Shown: one piece after another, positions 12,820-25,939 of the stretch
Position numbering within the stretch: the stretch's first letter is position 1
Layout: the number at the start of each line of letters is the position of its first letter
NCBI GenBank assembly: GCA_001949185.1
Contig: BDGG01000003.1
Location: 562,679 to 626,678 of the forward strand
DNA from: Ramazzottius varieornatus
Taxonomy: Eukaryota; Animalia; Tardigrada
Direction of reading: 5' to 3'
Length of the DNA stretch: 64,000 nt
Translations under genes and position numbers: made by a program
The notes under the pieces: generated by a model
Told to the model about the DNA's origin: nothing
Seen by the model: the letters and a program-made list of their open reading frames with translations, nothing else
Databases searched by the model: none

Positions 12820-13283
12820 CATGTATGACGGGTAATTATGGGAAACTAAAAATTATGGGACAGGCGGAAAGAACGGCAAATCTACATCCTGAATGCGAGC
12901 CAGAAATGGAAATCGAGCAAATGACGTGGCGGAGTGAAATTTAAACCGTAGAAAATTGTCGTTGACAGTGCCCATCAGCCGATCAGATGTTTGACTTTTC
13001 GCTCCGAGGCTGCGGATTGTTCATTTACTCTCTTCGAGAGACGCTCTCGAAAGGAAAAGAGATGTTCCACTAAAACAGAGATCTATCTACGAGAAACTGT
13101 TATAAACTGACATCTTCAGTTCCTTGGCTCCCAATTCAGTACGTACGTACAGCAAAGCAGTCTTCAGTGCTGGCTTTTACTTGTAGTAAAAATCACCTGT
13201 CATGCCGCCGTAGCGAAAAGACCTGTCCCATAACTTCTAGTGTCCCATAACTTCTAGTGTCCCATTATTACCCACCGTGCGTG
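12820..13283. mobile_element. MITE of the same family as 10343-10598, non-palindromic and diverged
   Basis: Left end TA-CATGTATGACGGGTAATTATGGGA..AAAATTATGGGACAGGCGGAAA; right end CCTGTCCCATAA..CCCACCGTGCGTG-TA; internal 18-bp tandem duplication. Confidence 0.75.
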
Positions 13284-13498
13284 TAAGTTATTGGGACCAT
13301 AGCGTAACAGAAAGTTTGCGGTGAAGTACGGTTTTACTTTTGGTGGGTCAAGCTAACGTAGAGAAAAAACCAGAAATACCGCTCCACAACACATGTACAG
13401 CGAGTTGCCACAAGATGTCATGATGACGCGCATGGTTTTGCCGGACGCAGTTCGACTATTAACTCGCTTCAGCGGGTAGAAAATCGCTTTCTCACATA

Positions 13499-14149
13499 CA
13501 GGGTGATTCCAATAAGTTTGACCGATTTTGAACTTGAATAGAAAAATCAGCAGTGTCTTCTCTTTTTTCAAACTTTACTTCCAGACAGTAGCAGTTCTCG
13601 AAAACATTGTGTAAAAATCTAGCCAAGGTGCGGTGCTTTGGGGGAGCATCCGCGTAAAAGTCTTCGTAACCCGGAAGTCAGGGAGCTTTCGCCAAACCGA
13701 AAGTTGGCCACGTCAGCATGATTTACGGCGCGAAAAACGTTTTAAGAATAATTCGCTAGTGCTATTTTGTCGGCAACACTATCCGAAATCAGTAAAAATT
13801 TGTCTTCTATGAGCGTTCGTTCTGTCACTGGAACCGTGAGCGACAAACGTACCTGTAAGCAGAATATCTTCATTGATTTCCTGTTTACTTCTGCTTTTTC
13901 GTTTCCCAGCGGTCCAAAAATTTTCTTTTGGTTGTTTTAGTAAGACATACATATACCTATCGTATAAAAATTATTCCAGAAGAGTCGGTGGTTTCGCGAG
14001 TGGGCTGTAATTAATCTGGCTTATGCGGGAAAATTTTGCCCGTAAAGCTCATGGCTTTCCATGAACCCTAGCAATCAAACGATCAAAGTTTTGTTCAGCA
14101 AATCTACGTGAAAACGACAAAATCGGTCGAACTGATAGGAGTCACCCTG
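13499..14149. mobile_element. Tc1/mariner-type MITE, TIR CAGGGTGA(T/C)TCC...GACCGATTTTG, TA TSD
   Basis: TA-CAGGGTGATTCCAATAAGTTTGACCGATTTTG ... CAAAATCGGTCGAACTGATAGGAGTCACCCTG-TA. Confidence 0.85.
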
Positions 14150-14278
14150 TAGTTAAGGGAGGGTTATCAGTGTACGACCATTCCTGACTTGACTCCTGTT
14201 GCCACACATTGTGAAGCTGATGGTGCAAATATCAAGAGGAGCCAACATAATCAAACAATCAAGTTGACGTGTGATTCT

Positions 14279-14693
14279 TAATGATGAGCATTACACGCAG
14301 ATGGTCCGTGTGATGTAAAGTGTAATGTAAAATAGTGCAGTTGTGAAAGTTCAATTACATTTTACACAGACCGAGCGGTTTGTAAAAGTGACAAGGAGCG
14401 ATGAAAACGACGAACCAGCTATGTCTATGTTTGCATAGAATATAGACCTTAGTAATTGTCTTCCAGACAAAGATGAAAATACGGTTGCAGTGTGACCATA
14501 GTCAGGAAGCTTCTGACATTTTTCCGCGTAAGTCAGCCGAATTTTAGATTTCTGGCGGCAAAATACTCAAAAATACCGCAGATTCTGGCAGGTAAAAGTT
14601 GTAATTACATTTTGCATTTACATTACAACTTCCCCGTGGTTGTAATGTCGTGTAAAAGCGAAATTGTAATGTAACATGTAATGCTCATCATTA
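14279..14693. mobile_element. hAT-type MITE with 17-bp TIR and 8-bp TSD
   Basis: TIR TAATGATGAGCATTACA / TGTAATGCTCATCATTA; exact GTGATTCT duplication at 14271-14278 and 14694-14701; subterminal TGTAA/TTACA repeats. Confidence 0.9.
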
Positions 14694-16603
14694 GTGATTC
14701 TACGTAGGTAATGAGCATGTTCATGTTTGGCCAGTCAGTCCCATTTGCCGCTGTCTGGAGCATGAACAAGAAGCCGTAAGCACATACTTTCCCAGTGACG
14801 AATCCTTGCATATTCGCAGAACGATGGCTACCATTAATTTTGGTTCGCATCATACTGTATGTTCGTCTCGATAGCATGGACACAGGGAGAGCGTAGAAAA
14901 GAGCGAGCTGGAGTCCAAGGACAGACCGTAACAGACGTCTCCGACAAAAACCCGGCTTGTTTTTCCGGAAGCTGCTCACGTTCAATTTCAGTTTATAGGT
15001 GTGCTGCTTTTGAAAACACAGCAAAATGTGATTATCACATTGATAACTACTGCACCAATGACGCGTGTTCCACCGGCATTCGGTGCCGCCAATTTTCCTA
15101 TCATTTTTCGTGCTAATGCGGAAAATCCCCCCACGATCGTAGACAGGTACAATCACACCCACCGGTCATCGTACAACCATGGTCTCCCTTTGCTTGCGTG
15201 TATCTTTTAAACCCGTCGTCCGATTTATTTACTTCAAACACCACCAGGTGCTTGCCGGAAGCCATTGCCAGCCCCATATGCTTTGGCACTATGCATCACC
15301 CTGGCACTTCCAGACGTGAGAGACGCGGCCAAAACCACTCTTCAATTTCCAGCGACTTCTCGACCGAGGAGTTGAAATGATACCGTTGAAGACATGTTGT
15401 CCAAATATACTAGGTGCGGAAGAATGACTTGTCCCCTTAACATACCTTGACTTCGAAAATTCATAGTTCTGCTCCCCCTTGTCCTTTTGATATAAATTTT
15501 TTTCCTGTCAGTCCATCAACTCCCATTCCTTGTTCGACACTGCATTGATTCAAGTTTATCAGCTCTGGGGTACGGCAGAAATTATCTTGACTGAGTTATG
15601 CATAACTAAAATTTCGAAGGTCTTGGTGTTTGAATTTTTTCGTGGCAGGAACGCATCTCGCTGACCCGACAAAATCAAATCCGTGTTCAACTGTGAAACA
15701 CCTAACAATTTTACCGTTGGTAACTGGGTTGATTGGTCTCGTTCTGGAGATTGTTTGTTCCAAATCTACCCTTAAGCTTACGGAAGGCTGAAATCGAAAG
15801 AGAACGACAATGTGCTGACCGATCATGTCAAACCCGATCCGTCTCATACTATTATGAGATCCTCACAGAACTACGTTGTGCCTCCCTAGAGTCTGAACAT
15901 CGTCTTGAACGAAACGGGGAAGGCGAAAAAAATAAGAGAAGTGAGTACCCCACTTACTTCGTGCACACGGAAAGAACTCAAAGTTTTATCTTTTTTCTCT
16001 CTCCGGACTGCAAACAAGGTCAAACCGATAGCAGACCGCATCATTACCAGTGATAACACGAGCACTCTGTAGAAGAGTTCTAAGCAAGAAAGGATATGTT
16101 CTAACAGAGGAAAACCACCAGATAAAATTTGTACCGTGAGCGGCATTACAGGTTGAGTCATAATGCTTCGACCGATTTCGAACTGTTGTCGAAAACGCAG
16201 CGTTGACCCGTCTGCTTTAAAAATTTCACCTAAAACTAGCTCTAACGTTTTTAAATGATCTGTAAAATTTTCATTTCGTTTGCACGCTTCACAAAAAACT
16301 TGCAGAGAAAAGTTTCAGCGACCCCGAAATCAGGGTACCTTTTTGGACCATGAATAGTTTTACACTCTGAATGGAGTGACGTACGTGAATTTCGGGAGAG
16401 TATACAGTATACTTGGAATTTTTTTACTGCTAAACGAATTTTTCCAAAACTTTTTCGCCAACGCTAATCTGTCGAAGAGGGTTTAAGTGGTTAGAAAAAA
16501 ATTAGTAATTTCAAGATTTGTTTCCCATGCCTTTTCTAGAGCAGTTAACTGGGTGACTGCAGTAAAAAAATTCTGGTTTTCTTCAGTTTCTTGCTTTCGA
16601 GAG

Positions 16604-16868
16604 TATGGAAGGCTTGACGAAGCTAAAGTAAGCAATTTTAGCTGTTCTTAGCCGTGGCTAAAAATATTTTAGCCGCGGCTAGGATGTATTGTGCGTTCGA
16701 ATGATTTATTGATGCCAAAACTATTTTAGCCGACTCAACATCAATACATCAATCGAAAGCACAATACATTTTAGCCGTGGCTAAGAGTATTCTAGCTGCT
16801 TTGGCCGCGGCTAAAATATTCTTAGCCACGGCTAAAGCGGCTTATTTTAGCTTCGCCGAGCCTTCTAT
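16604..16868. mobile_element. Nested palindromic MITE with repeated TTAGCCG(C/T)GGCTAA motifs
   Basis: GAAGGCTTGACGAAGCTAAAGTAAGC pairs with GCTTATTTTAGCTTCGCCGAGCCTTC; the interior is also largely palindromic. Confidence 0.8.
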
Positions 16869-17041
16869 ATTTGAGAGAACTAGGGATATTAAACAATATT
16901 TTAATAACAAGTACGGGTAACAAATTATCAGCCGGAAATCACATGAAAGAGCGCAATGCTTTAACTCGGCAGCCGCAAAAGTTTTGAATACTTCCAGAAT
17001 ATCTGGCCGAATAGTGACCATTAAAATCTATGTTTTTGGAA

Positions 17042-17618
17042 ATGGCTATAGACACCCCTAAAAACCCCGTTTGGCTATGGCACCCTATCGCACCCTTATT
17101 CAATTGATTAATAAGGAAACCGCTGATCCGGCAGATAGCTATCGACACTCCGAGTTTTATTGAGAATCAGAAACCATGTTTTCATGACAAGATCAAGCGC
17201 TCCATCCCACATAGGTCGGTTGGCGAGCATGCTATTAAGCCCAATACGCATTGCGACAGCCTCATCTGCTGTGATCAGTTGAGGTTTCTCTATCTTCTAC
17301 TCGTTTTTCGGTCTTCGGCCACGAAGACCGAAAAAGGGAGCGGCAGCGAAAAGCGTTCTCGTCTTCGATGTGAGGATTGCACCCGGAAGTTCGCTAGTGT
17401 TGTGAAGCATGGCTTCTTCTGACTGATAAAAATCATTCTGTGGCATTGTTGAATGTGATGTACCGTACTTTAAGTTTGGGTAAGGACAGCAAAGTATCTA
17501 AAATTTCGAAGGAGAGACTGCTTTCAAAATCAAGAGTGTCCATAATAATATCGGATTAAAGTGGTGTTTGGGTTAATGAATTATAGCCAAACGGGGTTTC
17601 AAGGGGTGCCTATAGCAT
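17042..17618. repeat. Nested inverted-repeat element
   Basis: GCTATAGACACCCCTAAAAACCCCGTTTGGCTAT versus ATAGCCAAACGGGGTTTCAAGGGGTGCCTATAGC. Confidence 0.65.
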
Positions 17619-18563
17619 CACCCTAACTTTGGCCACACCTAAGACGATGTTTTTAAAATTTATACATGGAATTAATGGCCCGAAGACTGGTCTATCGAGT
17701 GAGCGGTAGAATGGAAATATTGGCTCAGGCAGAGTTGCGATCTTAAGCCTCAAGTTGAGTCGAGGGGTGTTTTCCGGCCTGCCGAGGTTTGTTTTTGCAT
17801 GATTTTTCAGATGCGGACAAGCATCACCAAATTCTCTAAGAATGATTTTAGACGTTCATGCTACCTAAGGACGAAATTTGGAGGCAGAAGGGTAGATAAT
17901 GAATTTTCTGCAAAAGTTCCAAATCGGTCGAAGCATTGAGATTCAACCTGTGAAAGAGAACCATGATCAGAATTTTGATGACCCATCTGACACCGCTGAC
18001 CGCTTCAGATCTCATTCACCAGCAAAGCAATGACGGTGTTTTAGACCTCTTGGGAACAGAGATTGTTTATGGAAAACCCTTCCTTTCAACAGACAAAATT
18101 GATTCACGAACTGGACCCACAACTGTTGCAAGGCTGCTCCACGGTGCACACTGAACAAGACACTTCCGCAAAACTGCAGAAATAGAAACCTGAACTTCAC
18201 ATTCACCCTTCTTATGGATGGCGCTAACAGACTGTCACTTGCTCTAGAACTTGAACCTATAGAACTTGGCATATAAGCTGATCATAACGTTTGAGATGTG
18301 GCGTCGGAGGGGGACAATTCACACCTCAGCTCCTAATAGAACAAACGTTTTATACCTTATGAATGTCAGAATCCGCTTCATTAACTGTCTCATCCGAATG
18401 ACGATCAGATGGTCTATCTTGCTCGACATTGTTTCTGTTCGCACTTTAGTCAACTATAGGCTAGTTTATTCCACGGTGTTTTGATTCATGTACGAGCCTA
18501 GCTGTTGGGAATGTCCGAATTAACAAAGATTATGGCAGGCGCGCGGACCCCCGTCGAAAATAG

Positions 18564-18660
18564 AGAGATTAAGTTGCCACTCCCGTTCACTTTGCAACTG
18601 TAGCTACGGCCTTGCTCCGCCCCTTCCGTGACGTGTAACTGCATTTTGCTTTCCGGCGCT
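18564..18660. repeat. 97-bp sequence present in inverted orientation at 23307-23403
   Basis: Direct alignment by eye, 5 mismatches. Confidence 0.85.
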
Positions 18661-19675
18661 GCCATAAACATCCTCCATGTCGAGAAGTAGGGCAAGTGCG
18701 TGCAATGTACGTGAATGCACCTACTATTCCGGGCGGACCATCTGGTGAAAGTAACACCAGGCACGCTCGACGTACTCCAAAACCGTGGGTTGATGTCAGG
18801 AAGTCAGCGCATCCGATGCAGGTTGGGCAGCATGCAGAAAACCGTCTTGCAAGCAGGAGTCTTTCCAATATCTAAGCACGAATACCGTGAGGAGGTAAGA
18901 GTTATCAGGAAAGCAATTAAGAATGCTCGGACATAATTTAGAGCGTTTCAGTTATGATGGAAATGGGGCGCATCCGATTATTCAGTCTTAACTTGCAGCA
19001 GATTCGTGTGTCCCGAATAGCCATTGTGCTGGAAAATTCAAATGTGACAAACAGCTGGGCAGCGGCAATGCTGGGTCTGACGTCACGACTCAACCGGCTT
19101 GCTCGCCGTGTACGTACGCTGCACCCATAAAGCCGTTACGGAGCGGAAACCGGGTTCGCTCAGATAAACCGACCTGACTGCAAGCCGATGGCCACATGAC
19201 GGGCAGCACATACGAACACCAACTGTTTGTCACATTGACTATTGCGCAGCGCCAAGTCGGTTCATGGCTTTTTATTCTCCCACAAACATGACTGAGAGCG
19301 ACCCCTGCTTCCTTCTTTCTTATTTCTACTTGCTGATAGTCACTGCCGTGTTTTGTTTGCTCAGATGCAATGAACCGCCTTACAAAAGTGGTACCATCGC
19401 GCGATATCGCGTTGAACGTTCTCACGAGTCGTACGTTCGCTGGAGCTGTTTGGTCTAGAACATTCAAGCAGAACCAACTACGGATATGACTCAGATACAA
19501 TCTAGGTGGTCTTGGTTCAAGTAGAATTTTGGGCTCACTGGCCAAGTATCGTTTCCCTGTATTCCTCTATTACTAGAGTTTCCGCTCATATTCGTGGGAA
19601 TTCACGTTTTTGATAGATATGACGAAAATCTTTCATGTCTTACATCAAAGTCGCTGCTTTTCGAATACAGTATCC

Positions 19676-20610
19676 CAGTGTTGTTCCGATTATTGTAATA
19701 CATAATTGAAAATGGCTGATTTTGGCCGTTTTGGAATTTCGATACAACAATTCAAACTGAAAACCTTTTGCCAACGTATTTGGATATTGATCGGAATTCA
19801 AATTCAAATGGGAAACGATCAGAGTATTCTAATTCGTAATTCGAATCACACAATGGCTTAACTGAAATGAGCACAATTGGAATAAGACACTACGGTCGAT
19901 TTGAATTGGCGCATTATTACCGCGAAATCACAAGGTTAAGTTTGCCAGTTAAATCTACAGCTGTCAGCATCAAGCCCGCAGTGCAATCCGCCAATTTGTC
20001 CCCGGATTTAGCGCATTCAGAGGCCAGCACATCGGGGCTTATTTTTGCAGTCTGCCTCTCACGACTGCGTATCATTGATCATTGATTTGATGAGGAGATA
20101 AAAGTTTCGCCGGAAGTGAAGCCATAGAATTTTCGAGTGGCTTTGTGAAACGCTCAGAATTCATCGCTGATCTATCATTTTAAGACTGACATCTTAATCA
20201 TCGTCAAGAATCCGAACAACGGAAAGCGGAAGTCCGATGGCAGAAGATGGGTAAGAAGCCTTTCTTGAGCACATCTCCCAAAGAATCCGTCGTGGACTTG
20301 AATCCTCCAAGAACTCTGTGCCTTCACTGTCACCGTCTGCAATCAGCTGAGCATTCCTGTTGGAACTCCAAACGCTGGAGTCCCAAATGTAAAGACGTCT
20401 GCAGGGGGAAGGAAAAAGGCCATACTATATTGGAAATTGAAATTAACAAACGACGTCGTGATAATTCAAATAATTCGAATTGCTGTCGGAAGCTGAATTC
20501 CGATTAGTCGTAATCTTCAGTCCAGTAACGAAGAACTACCGGCAAATTGAATTACGGCTACGGGAAAAATTTCGATTAATCGGAATTGTAGATCGAACTA
20601 TAGTATGTTT
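19676..20610. repeat. Degenerate AATTCG/CGAATT-rich MITE remnants
   Basis: Starts CAGTGTTGTTCCGAT, as does the element at 38075; clustered AATTCGAAT-type subterminal motifs. Confidence 0.45.
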
Positions 20611-20933
20611 CTGCTTTTTCCGTAATTAGTCTCATTAATAGTTATTTCGGTGACGTTTGTGCACGGTTCCGAAGAGTGTGGCACGTTATTTCCTCCATTA
20701 ACAATTAAGAATATTGGCATTGATAGGTTTCATAAATACTGTTCGTGTGTTCGTTAAGCCGATCTTTTCTGCGAACGTCATTACCAACTATTGTTCTCTG
20801 CGCATCGAAACCTTTACCGCAAGTACCGCAAGAGGAGAAATGTTATTCTTGGTGGATGCTCAATAGCTCATTTCGGTCACTCTCTCTGCTTTTATGTGAA
20901 TTCTCGGATTTTCAAGCTCGTGTTCCGAATTCC

Positions 20934-22381
20934 ATGTCTGCCAATACGGACGCGGTTCAAGATTATGTTAAAAACCTTCCGGAGAGTCCCGAGGAAAAGT
21001 CACCAGTCGAGGTATGTGATTACTGTTGCACATAAATGGATCCAAGTAAGAATTTAGGTTTATGTTCAGGAAATCACGCCTCGTAAAGATCGATTTGCCG
21101 AAAAACGTGACGAGAGGGAGGAAAAGTATAAAGCTTTCAGGTGGAGTATCTCGGAATGTGAGTCGGACATTTCAGGTAAACTCTATGGGACCATCGCTCC
21201 GACCGTCCGCGACTGTGAGCCACGACGAGTGTCTGTTTGCAGAGCCCGAAAGCGCAACGTGCGACAACAGATCTGCTGTTCCCGACACGCCAAAGTGGGT
21301 TGTACAGAGGAAGCGGGAGCTCGAGCAGGACGATCCGTCAGACGATAGTAGTCTATCGGAAGAAGTGATAGAGAAGCCGGTCAACAAAGCCAAAAGAGTT
21401 CTTAAGTTCTAGCTATATTTGGGTACTTTTGCCAGATGTTCGTGGTGCAATTTGGATATTTCTTCGTAATGCACAAAGTCTATAGTAAACCTCCAACTTC
21501 CCCCACTTTATTCACTGGCAACGTCATACACATGTTGTCTTCTGGAATTCGTCATCCTGTTGACCTTGCGATGTGGTGCGCAAAGTTATCAGCCGCTATG
21601 CGGTCTGTTTACCGAAGCGGTATTGGGATTTCAAGCTACTGTTAATCCCACCCTTGGGTTTTCAACCGTTTAGTTTCAAACAACAGCCAAACTGTTTCGC
21701 GCTTATCGATTAATGCCCGTTTTTTCTTCTTGTTTCTCTTCCTTGCTAATTTTTCCTCAGCATCAACCAACCCTCATCGTTTTTCCTCAGGAAGGTTCTT
21801 CAGATAAATTCTTCAGGCGCGGTTATCATTCGGTGAAAGGTACGTGATACAGAAAGCGTGCAATCGGATGTTCGATATACTTTATCCTTCTCTCCCTCTA
21901 GTTTTCAAAATATGGCTCACCAACTTCCTCCTTCTGACGACTCGGAACTGGATAGCAGCATGCCTGGGTCATTTCTGGAGATGCTATCTGCAACCAAACA
22001 GAAGAAACGTAGGAAGACGACTGAACTCCAACCGGTGAAACTAGGATCTTCTAGTGTTAGCCCTTTTTTGTGATTGCTGTTTCCAGTTTTCACGGCTTAA
22101 GAGTTTTTTGCAGATGGCGCGCTGATTTTTTGCGAGGATGGCGTGGCCCAGAAACTACTTTTCGGCCGGATAACTTGCCAATGGATTCGACCCCGTTTTT
22201 CATTGTGGAGACGTACCCCGAGCTGGAGGAGCGTGTTGTAGGAATGAAAATTCGCGTCTTATGGAACAGTGAGTACCCTCATTCGAAAGCCTGTATCATC
22301 GGCGTTGGGACTGATCATGACTTGGGGTCATGTACCGCCGAGAATTGGAGGAGACTGGGCAAGCCGATCAAAAACAGGTGA
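20934..22381 (+). other. Fragmentary spliced coding remnants (acidic/Ser-rich and basic segments), unknown gene or transposon-borne ORF
   Basis: Protein-like ORF pieces bounded by plausible splice sites (MSANTDAVQDYVKNLPE..., ELEQDDPSDDSSLSEE, KKRRKTT, MKIRVLWNSEY..CIIGVG); family not recognised. Confidence 0.3.
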
Positions 22382-22718
22382 CGCTCAATGTTTTCCGTTG
22401 AAGTTAGCAATCAACTGTCGCTAACCAGACGAAAAGCCTCCTTGAAAATTGGACAGAGAGCTAGTACACTGGTACCGTCTTAGAAGCTTCAGTTTGTTCC
22501 ATGCTATATAACCCGTGGTCAGCGCAAAAATAAAAAGTTCTGACACTTTGGTTCACCTGATGGCGCATTTTACTCGAAAAATGCGAAGCGTACATGTGGT
22601 GATTGGCCCGATCTGACCCCACCCCATGATTTCAGCCAGTTAAAAATTGGGGGAGGTGATCTACCCCCCTTGTACTCCCAGAGCTCGGAATTGCGTGGTC
22701 TTTTAAGTGTTAAGGATA

Positions 22719-25700
22719 GGTGATCTACAATTCGATGGAAAAAAAGCTCATTTTGGTCTCGACAAGACTTTCGCGCAGTCGGTCGCGGAGGGGCTCAATA
22801 CTGCCAGTTTTCAGAACTGTTTACTGATATCACTGTTTGTATTCAGTTGGCTTCAATAAAGGAGATTGCAAAACCTACGTTGCACTTCCGGGTTCAGGTT
22901 GTCCCGGCCCCGCACAGCTGAACAAAACTTCCAATGGAAACGGTCTTGGGCGGTGGACGTTCCGTATCAACACTACTGTGGAAAGTGCTGACGAAACCAG
23001 CGCGACGGCCAATCCTGCATTTTGCACACCAGGTACTAGCCCGGAACCACCGATGACCATAACAACGGTCGGCCCCACGACATCGTCAACAACGTCACCC
23101 AACCCGACAACAACATCGACGGAGACCGAAACAATACAGACATTAAGTTGCCAGCGCCAGATGAAAGTCCCACTGTAGCTAAGATGAGTTGCAACGTCAC
23201 TCATAAGCACAGTAGCTGATCTGAACTTTGAATAGTTGGGCAGCCACCATGCTTCCCAGTGCTAACCAACGCTACTCCGATTACGCTATTTTTAGAAAAT
23301 AAGGGGAGCTCCGGAAAGCAAAATGTAGTTACACGTAACGGAAGGGGCGGAGCAAGGCCGTAGCTACAGTTGCAAACTGAACGGGAGTGGCAACTTGATC
23401 TCTATAATGTCAGTCAGCTCCACAGTAACTTCAGCGGAAACTGAAATCAGCACAACTTTAAATACCTCGAGCTCAACAACAACGATACCATCTTTGACCA
23501 GCACAACTACAAGCCAAGACACCACAATTCCGCGTCTGGGGAGCACTTCCATAACGACTGAAAGAGCCACAACACTGGCGACATCACCAACTGCAAGTGA
23601 AACAACGGCAAACACATCGACCACACATCTGACTGGCGAGCCAGTTACAATATCCAACACTATGCCACCTGCATCCACCTCGACCGTGACTGACACTACC
23701 TGGTTGTCAACAGAAATCTCAACAACTGTAATCCTTTCTGCTGCCGACCAACTCAGTCGCATCAATGGTACCAATGATGCTTCTGTAGACTGGTTTCGCA
23801 CCGCGGCGTTCGAAACCCTTGAAGCCTGTAGGCAACTTACTGATGATCATGAAGTGGATCATTGCATTGGAACTTTCGTTACAAGCGTGGTAGCAGATAC
23901 CGTAGAAAAGATTGTCAGCATGAATGTCTCGTTATTGGCAACACCCCTTGCAAGACATACAAAGCCTTCCGGAGATTGTCGATTTTTGACACCATACTGT
24001 TATGGGACGCCGATGGTCGAGTGATGTGCGGGCAAACCCACGAGTCCCAGACGCTGGCTGTGACTTTCCACAGGGCGTTGAAGCTGATGAATAGATTGAT
24101 TCTACTCAACGGGAACGAAACTGTGATTGCTGTTTATCCAAATTGACCGTTCATGTTCAAAAAGTATTGGTGACATCCGGCATGCCATCTCCGAACTACA
24201 CGCGCTTTGTTAACGCCGTCCAAGTGAACGATTCAGCTCAAGAATGATCAACGCGTCGTTTACCATTGAGGAGAAAGATGTGGATGGTTTCTCAATGAAC
24301 TGGAATATTAGTGACGTGAGATTTCTCTCTTTGACCGTCGATCAAGGACAGCTAAATCGAGAACTTCTCGGCTTACGTAAGTCACCGAGTAAGTGGTGGT
24401 CCCATAATGTGAGAGCGGTAGAGTGGAAAATCTACTGATATGTTTTGACCACCGATTTACTTTTTCAGATGACCAAAGTCAGACGCTCGGAATTCAGGTC
24501 TTTTCCTTACAGCTTACCGCTGTAAAAAGAGCGTCATTCGCCCAGTTTCGGTTCTGGGCTGCTGTCGGTCAGCGTGTTGCACGCACGGCTGGGCCCTTGC
24601 TCGTTATGGCCACTTTTCACCGACCCTTAGAGACGATGGATTTTGTCACGGTTAGCAGTGACGTCATACAGCTTTTCGAGGTGAGGCTTCACGCAACACA
24701 GTTTTCTAAATGGTGCAGAAATGGTCAGAATTTGTAGAAGAATCTCAGCCGGCCTTACATCCGGAGGAAATGTTACCGCTGCGCATACCTGGAATATGGT
24801 TTACCCCTCGATCCAAATTCCAGATGGTCGAACCGTGGCTGATCCCCATCACAGCGCAACTACCGGAACACCGATCAGGTCAAATATTTCTGTTCATGCG
24901 ACCATGCCACACCGTACACCATGATGGTAGGCCTCTGCAGTAGCCTTAGCGAGCTAGACAAGCACGGTCGCTGCATCTCACCCCTCGAACCCCGCGTGAT
25001 CACCGGGATTTGCTTGGTCGTCTTCATTATTTGTACCGGCCTCGTTTTGATCCATACAGCAATTCGTCTTTACAAGCAGCTCATGGTCGTAACCAAGCGA
25101 GCCTTCATTCGCCTCAACCTATACGCAAGGTAGCGCCAAATGCATATCGTAGATTTATTGTCAGGAAAACCGCGATAACAAAGTGTCTTTTTAGCATAAT
25201 CTGCGCGTATGCCTCGTTCATATTTGCCGACGCGATCGTACCGGAAACTTTGAACTCAGGCGCTTGTTTTTCTTGCGCACTATTTAGTCACTGGTTCATC
25301 CTTGTGACTTTTGCCTGAGTCGCCATCGAATGCTGCCACTTGATCCGTATAGCTTCCGACGTATTCACAGCGAAAGAATACCTGAGCCGATCTCACAGTG
25401 GCGACACTCGCACGTACCGATTGAAAGTTGTGCTTATCGCGTGGGGAGCGTCACTGGTCTTCCCAGCCGTATGCGCGTTCGTGTCAGAAATGCATTTCGG
25501 TGACACACCTGTCTATCTTCATAAAGAGTATTGGTGTTGGCTCAACCCTCAACATTTACCTGTGAAAATCCTCGGCTTTGCGATCCCAATGACGTTGATT
25601 GTGCTATTGAATGGCGGTGCTTTGTATTATTTCGTTCACGTGAAAAGAAAAGTTGGAAAGCGCGTGATCGAGAAAGACCATAAGGTACTGCAGTTAGCAC

Positions 25701-25939
25701 GCAAGGCCAACTGGAAAAGACTGCTTACAGTGGTTTTGCTGTGTGTTTCGTTGAATATAACATGGATCCTCGGCTATCTAGTCCTTTTCGCCTGCCACGA
25801 CGACACAGCAAAGAAAGTTTTCGCCATTGGTTTCATTCTGATCAACGCCTCACAAGGACTGTTCATACTGGTACGTTGCCAGAAGGTTGGAGAACCTTAC
25901 TGGGAGACGTGTTTCCGCGGTTCAGAAGAAGAAGGATGA
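22719..25939 (+). pseudogene. Adhesion GPCR pseudogene: partial NIDO domain, Thr/Ser stalk, GAIN/GPS, secretin-like 7TM
   Basis: GDLQF...AQ|VGFNKGD..YVALPGS...TSNGNGLGRWTFRIN (NIDO C-half); GPS CAY...WSNRG*...CSCDHATPYTMMV; 7TM HWFILVTFA*VAIE, IAWG, CWL, LNITWILG, INASQGLFIL. Stops at 24840 and 25316 plus frameshifts. Confidence 0.85.

Larger units (their letters stand above)
16149..17950. mobile_element. Degenerate ~1.8-kb Tc1/mariner-type non-autonomous element with nested insertions
   Basis: CAGGTTGAGTCATAATGCTTCGACCGATTTCGAACT at the left matches the reverse complement of AGTTCCAAATCGGTCGAAGCATTGAGATTCAACCTG at the right; TIR related to 13499-14149. Confidence 0.7.

Noticed and set aside
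19090-19545. ORF as the missing N-terminal half of the NIDO domain
   Set aside because: Could not find NIDO motifs (e.g. IAPFW, NTFQ) convincingly in the frames examined
24840-25318. In-frame TGA at conserved Cys and Trp positions of the aGPCR as selenocysteine or readthrough recoding
   Set aside because: Both are single-base changes from TGC/TGG, and the locus also has frameshifts and other stops, so simple decay explains them
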